Assembly: GCA_050012255.1 (NCBI GenBank)
Contig: JBEKHN010000006.1
Location: 32,001-96,000 of the forward strand
Source: Candidatus Bathyarchaeia archaeon
GTDB lineage: Archaea > Thermoproteota > Bathyarchaeia > Bathyarchaeales > Bathycorpusculaceae
Direction: 5' to 3'
DNA: 64,000 nt
The notes beneath the pieces were generated by a model that was given only the letters and a program-made list of their open reading frames with translations, was not told the DNA's origin and did no database searches. The translations under genes were made by a program, and so were the position numbers. Positions within the stretch are counted from its first letter, which is position 1; the number at the start of each line of letters is the position of its first letter. This document shows positions 59,742 through 64,000 of this stretch, in pieces.

Positions 59742-60442
59742 TGACGCTCAGATTCATCAAGTCGAGAATAATCCTAATCGCTCTATTTGCCTTATTCTCT
59801 TCATCAAATTTATTCATTCGAACAAACGTTGTTCGAGGATCTCCTGAAACAGTCGTAGAGGTAGTTCCCTACACAAGCACAGCTGACGTGGGCCAATCAT
59901 TCACTGTAAACATTACAGTTCTTAATGTGCAAGACCTGTACGGCGTAGAAGCTACTGTTAACTGGAATTCGTCCGTTTTAGAACTCAGCAACGTCGACAT
60001 TCGCCTAGGACACACGGATGCCGATGGAGTCCTGTACAACACCAGTTCCACTAGTCCACCTTTCATCGCTGAGAACTCAACGCAAGACGGCCAGTATGTT
60101 ATTGCTGCCACATCCACGGGTCCTGCACCTTCTTTCAACGGCAGCGGAAACATAGTCCGAATCACCTTCAACGTGACTAATTCAGGCCATTCTAACATCG
60201 ATTTGGAATCCCAATTATACGATTATCCCCCACCAGACCGAGAGCCCCGCGTATCCTTGCCAATACAACACACCACGATCGGCGGCCAGTTTAACACGAC
60301 AGTTGCAGAAATCCCAAATTCGGCCATTCTACTTGTCTTCACCGTTCTAACCGTCTCAACCCTCGTGCTTTCCAAGAAGATGACCAGAAAACGTGCACCT
60401 ACATCTGTTTTATCTACAAAACAAGATTTATTAACGAAGTGA
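59738..60442 (+). CDS. Cohesin-domain protein with C-terminal TM anchor
   Basis: GQSFTVNI..DLYG..WN..FNGSGNIVRITF; AEIP + TM + basic tail (PEF-CTERM-like). Confidence 0.7.
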   Translation: MMTLRFIKSRIILIALFALFSSSNLFIRTNVVRGSPETVVEVVPYTSTADVGQSFTVNITVLNVQDLYGVEATVNWNSSVLELSNVDIRLGHTDADGVLYNTSSTSPPFIAENSTQDGQYVIAATSTGPAPSFNGSGNIVRITFNVTNSGHSNIDLESQLYDYPPPDREPRVSLPIQHTTIGGQFNTTVAEIPNSAILLVFTVLTVSTLVLSKKMTRKRAPTSVLSTKQDLLTK

Positions 60443-60472
60443 AAGGCTACTAAATACGCAAGGCCCGCCACA

Positions 60473-60979
60473 ATGAACAGAAAAACCATCATAGTTGCCT
60501 GTCTGCTTGCCATTCTCGTTGTAGTTCTAGCTTACGTGATCTTGTCCATTCCCTCGTCAACGGTGTTGTTCGTGGAGCCTAAGACCGTTCAAGGGACAAC
60601 TGGCCAGGATTTCACAGTTAACGTGAGCATTTCGAACGTTGCTGATCTTTACGGTTGGCAAATTGAACTCAGTTGGAATTCGTCGCTGCTGAACTTAACA
60701 AACGTCATAGAAGGCCCGATGCTGAAAAGCAGCGGCAACAGAACGTTTTTCAGCCCCGTAGTGAACAATGCTGCAGGAAATCTTAGCGCACTTTGCACGC
60801 GTCTCCTATCGTTTGGGTCGAACGTGACTGGAGTGAGCGGACATGGAACGTTAATGACCGTACAATTTGAAGTTATTGGAAGTGGAGCATGCGACTTGAA
60901 CCTTTATGACACCCAACTGCTTGATTCAAACAGCAGGGCCATAAGTCACACGGTTCAGAGCGGTCATTTTAACGCATAG
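60473..60979 (+). CDS. Cohesin-domain protein with N-terminal TM anchor
   Basis: GQDFTVNV..DLYGWQ..WN..EGP..GVSGHGTLMTVQF. Confidence 0.75.
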   Translation: MNRKTIIVACLLAILVVVLAYVILSIPSSTVLFVEPKTVQGTTGQDFTVNVSISNVADLYGWQIELSWNSSLLNLTNVIEGPMLKSSGNRTFFSPVVNNAAGNLSALCTRLLSFGSNVTGVSGHGTLMTVQFEVIGSGACDLNLYDTQLLDSNSRAISHTVQSGHFNA

Positions 60980-61411
60980 CCCGCATGCTTGTTCCTAAAT
61001 TTCGTTCAGGAGGGGTGCATAGTGTTTTCCGATGGGGGATGGTTACTGTCACGGTTCGGGCTGGGCTCTTGCGCTCTCACACCCTCCCCCAGGGGTATGC
61101 TATATGAGCCAAATATGGTTGAAGAGCAGAATGAGCAGCACAAGCCACTTCCCAAAAGAATTCAGGAACACGCTAGCGCGCACCGCGCGCAGAGCATAAT
61201 TCGGAATCGTGCACCATGCTTCATCGTTTTTCCATGAAAAGCCGTTCAATTGGCGTGAGAATTTTCTCGAAAGAGCCGAGCGACGCTGAGGATATTGCTA
61301 AATCTGAATGGAGATGTCTCCAGACATGTTTCAGATATCGTAATATAGGTTAAATCTTTTAAGGATGTACGGTATAATCAGAAAGTAGAAAAAAGGAATA
61401 AGCAGGTAATA

Positions 61412-61750
61412 ATGATGAAAACAGACCGAGAAACGGAGAAGGCTAAGCACATATTGACTGACCCTAAGCTGGCACCGATCAAGGCTATGTTGGAGAAGGA
61501 CCATGCCATAGACTGCATCCTACTGCTCCACGTAAACCGTGGAAAATGGAAGGAAGCGAAGGAATTCATGCGTGAAAACAAGCTGACCCTGAGTGATGGA
61601 ACTTTCAGAGCCAGGATGATCGAGATTGAACAGTTAGGGTTGGCGAAGAGCGAGAGGATAGACCCCTTGAAGAAGTACTACTTGAAGACAGAGTTTGGCG
61701 AGAAAGTTGCGAAGCTTCTGCTCGGGCTCTTCGACGAACTAGAGCATTAA
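61412..61750 (+). CDS. Winged-helix DNA-binding protein
   Basis: LSDGTFRARM.EIEQLGL...YYLKTEFGEKVA. Confidence 0.65.
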   Translation: MMKTDRETEKAKHILTDPKLAPIKAMLEKDHAIDCILLLHVNRGKWKEAKEFMRENKLTLSDGTFRARMIEIEQLGLAKSERIDPLKKYYLKTEFGEKVAKLLLGLFDELEH

Positions 61751-61945
61751 GCCTAGAAGCCTAGCTGCTCGTTGCCGTTGCATACGTTCTTTCTTCACGT
61801 TTTTTCACTTGTTACGCTTGTTCAGCTAATGGATGCTTCCTGATTTGGTGTATTCGTGTTTTACAGGCAGAAAATATGATGTAGTAAGTCGTAAGATTTA
61901 AATCCCTCACTTCCCCTAGCATACTTACAAGTCCCAAAAGGAGGG

Positions 61946-62398
61946 ATGAAAACAAAAATGAGAACAAAGAGCAGAAAAGCCCTAAGCCCCGTAGTAGCCT
62001 CAATCATACTCATCGCAGTCACAGTCGCAGTCAGCATAGCCGTCGCAGCATGGATGGGAGCCCTAACATTCGGCTTCATGGGATCCTCATCGATAACTGT
62101 AACCAACGTGGTCTTTGCTGACGTCAATGGAGTTGCAAATCAGGGAAGCGGTGCAACAACCAACATGATTATCTTAAGCTTGAAGAACACTGGAACAAAG
62201 CAGGTGACTATAGGACAGGTGAAAGTTAACAACAACATATACAACTACACCATAGCCGCCCCGATCAATGCTGGTTCTATCTCAAGTCTGAATATTACGG
62301 CTGTTCAATGGACAAACGGAAATCCATACAAGATTGACCTGTATGATGGTAGTGGTAACGGAGTGGGCTCTACTCAGCAGAACGCGCCTGGAGCATAG
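61946..62398 (+). CDS. Archaeal type IV pilin (class III signal peptide)
   Basis: RKA|LSPVVASIILIAVTVAVSIAVAAW. Confidence 0.88.
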   Translation: MKTKMRTKSRKALSPVVASIILIAVTVAVSIAVAAWMGALTFGFMGSSSITVTNVVFADVNGVANQGSGATTNMIILSLKNTGTKQVTIGQVKVNNNIYNYTIAAPINAGSISSLNITAVQWTNGNPYKIDLYDGSGNGVGSTQQNAPGA

Positions 62399-62484
62399 TT
62401 TCCCCTTTGCTTTGTTGAGATTAGGGGTAGGGTGAGAATGAAGTTCCCCAGTTTCCCTTTGTTTCATACGTGGAGGTGTAGTGA

Positions 62485-62910
62485 ATGACAGTTGAAATAA
62501 AAGAGTATGGTTCAGCAGTAGAGATTGCAGAAACACTGGAAAAGGAAATATCTGAAACAAAAAGCACGTTAGGCGAATACCTGCGTCGACTAGACGATAT
62601 AAGGGCCTTGGCTGAAAAATCAAAGAAGATCCATGAAGTGGTCATGAAGCTCGCAGGAAAGAAAGCCGCGTCAGAGAGCCTCGGTGAAATCTCGATCGGC
62701 GCCCTAAACCTTGTTCTGGACGCAAACCCGTTCCATGAGTTGACAGCGATAGAACAGGTTGTGCGCAGCCACCAGGAAAGGCTTCTGGTCCTGCAGAAGG
62801 CTCGTGAAGCACTGAAGTGGTTAGACCAGCTCGGAGACACTGAAGGCCTCAAGTATCTCGTAGTGGAAGACGACGGCGTTCCTGAACGAATACTCTTCAG
62901 AATTTCATAA
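62485..62910 (+). CDS. Hypothetical coiled-coil protein
   Basis: 141-aa ORF with GGAGG upstream and heptad pattern. Confidence 0.65.
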   Translation: MTVEIKEYGSAVEIAETLEKEISETKSTLGEYLRRLDDIRALAEKSKKIHEVVMKLAGKKAASESLGEISIGALNLVLDANPFHELTAIEQVVRSHQERLLVLQKAREALKWLDQLGDTEGLKYLVVEDDGVPERILFRIS

Positions 62911-62932
62911 AAAGAAATGGCGAAGTGAAAGA

Positions 62933-63730
62933 ATGGATAATGAAGTCTACGCGTTTGCCTTAAAGAACACTCTGGATGAAATACAGAAGATCTGCCCCGA
63001 CATCAAGAACGCCTTCGTGCTCACGAAAAACCGTGAACTCATAGCAAGCGACGGGGACACCCCTGAAAAAACGATCACTCGCGCTGTAAACGCATTCGAA
63101 GAGATGCTGGAGAAAGCTCAGGCCATAGGCGGAGTTGAAGACGTGACGATCGAGGGCATCAACGGTAGGCTGAACGTTTCTCGACTGGACGAAATTTACC
63201 TTGTCACGGTCACTTCCAAGCAGGCAGACTTAGACTACGTGAACACGGTGACCCACGTTATCGTCCCGACGATTCTAAGGCTAATGGAGAAACTCAGCCC
63301 TGCCCCCCTCAAGAAAAACCCGCCAACGCCCGACATAGAACCCGAAGAACCAACTGTTGAACGCGATGAAGAGCCTGAGACGGAAAAACATGAAAAGCAG
63401 TTAGAGCCTAAAGAAGAATCAGAGACGATTCTACCAGAAACACCAGTCAACCAGCTCATAGTAGAAGACCTGAAAGGCTTACTCGCACCATCAGACACGA
63501 TCCGCATAGACAGCACCATAATAGAAGAATGGAACGAACTCTACGAGGACAGGACCATAGAGGAAGCAGACATCGAAACCTTCGGCGGAAAATCAACCCG
63601 GTGCAAAGTCAAACCCATAAAAGAATCGAAGCTTGACGGACAGGGAAAGATACAGATACCTAGCAAGGTGCAACTAACTCTGGATGTCAAGAAGGGCGAG
63701 CTCGTGAGAGTTAAGCCCGCGGTTGAATGA
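62933..63730 (+). CDS. Roadblock/LC7-like domain + acidic linker + C-terminal beta-barrel-like domain
   Basis: LDEI..ICPDIKNAFVLTKNRELIA roadblock-like N-terminus; GKIQIP..LDVKKGELVRVKP C-terminus. Confidence 0.6.
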   Translation: MDNEVYAFALKNTLDEIQKICPDIKNAFVLTKNRELIASDGDTPEKTITRAVNAFEEMLEKAQAIGGVEDVTIEGINGRLNVSRLDEIYLVTVTSKQADLDYVNTVTHVIVPTILRLMEKLSPAPLKKNPPTPDIEPEEPTVERDEEPETEKHEKQLEPKEESETILPETPVNQLIVEDLKGLLAPSDTIRIDSTIIEEWNELYEDRTIEEADIETFGGKSTRCKVKPIKESKLDGQGKIQIPSKVQLTLDVKKGELVRVKPAVE

Positions 63731-63746
63731 TGGAGGTTCATGGATC

Positions 63747-64000
63747 ATGGTCAAGAAAAAGAAGGACGAGCTAGAAATCACAACCGTATCAGAGCCGACA
63801 CTGATCGAGACCACAGACTACGAGAGCAACTTGCGCGCAAACCTGGAAGAAATCAAAAAATATAACGGTGTGGTAGGCTACATCCTCAGGAACACCACGT
63901 CCGCCTCGATTGACCTCAAAGACCCGGCTAAGATAATAGACTATGCGATCCTCTCTTCCACAACGTTTGACGCGACCGAAGAAGTCTCAGACCTTTTCGA
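63747..64000 (+). CDS. Roadblock/LC7-like protein (truncated by the window edge)
   Basis: Own translation: ...LEEIKKYNGVVGYILRNTTSASIDL..IIDYAILSS. Confidence 0.55.
   Translation, partial: MVKKKKDELEITTVSEPTLIETTDYESNLRANLEEIKKYNGVVGYILRNTTSASIDLKDPAKIIDYAILSSTTFDATEEVSDLF

Overview
Archaeal chromosome segment, most consistent with Bathyarchaeia (inferred from rpoD/rpoN, rps8e/rpl18e, SRP19, archaeal mevalonate-pathway genes, smc-scpAB, cohesin/dockerin proteins and frequent TTG/GTG starts). (1) 1-10.7 kb is an accessory/defence island 3' of tRNA-Gln(CTG): UvrD-nuclease fusion, DUF5131-like radical-SAM protein, putative restriction endonuclease, C5 DNA methyltransferase, Mig-like glycosylase and an enlarged EndoIII-fold protein. 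(2) 11-24 kb holds housekeeping and metabolic genes plus an unexplained structured GC-rich intergenic region at ~16.7-17.0 kb. (3) 24185-32432 is an ~8.2-kb AT-rich element integrated in tRNA-Ala(TGC), with a 43-bp direct repeat and an SSV-type split tyrosine integrase. Its cargo is a same-strand array in which unrelated genes share conserved flanking sequences ('sockets'); this is the best candidate for an undescribed cassette-swapping or accretion system. (4) 33-56 kb is conserved core: smc-scpA-scpB, gltX, isoprenoid operon and ribosomal/RNAP operon. (5) 56-64 kb is a cohesin/dockerin surface-protein locus, a pilin and roadblock-domain genes. All calls come from reading motifs by eye; no database searches were run.
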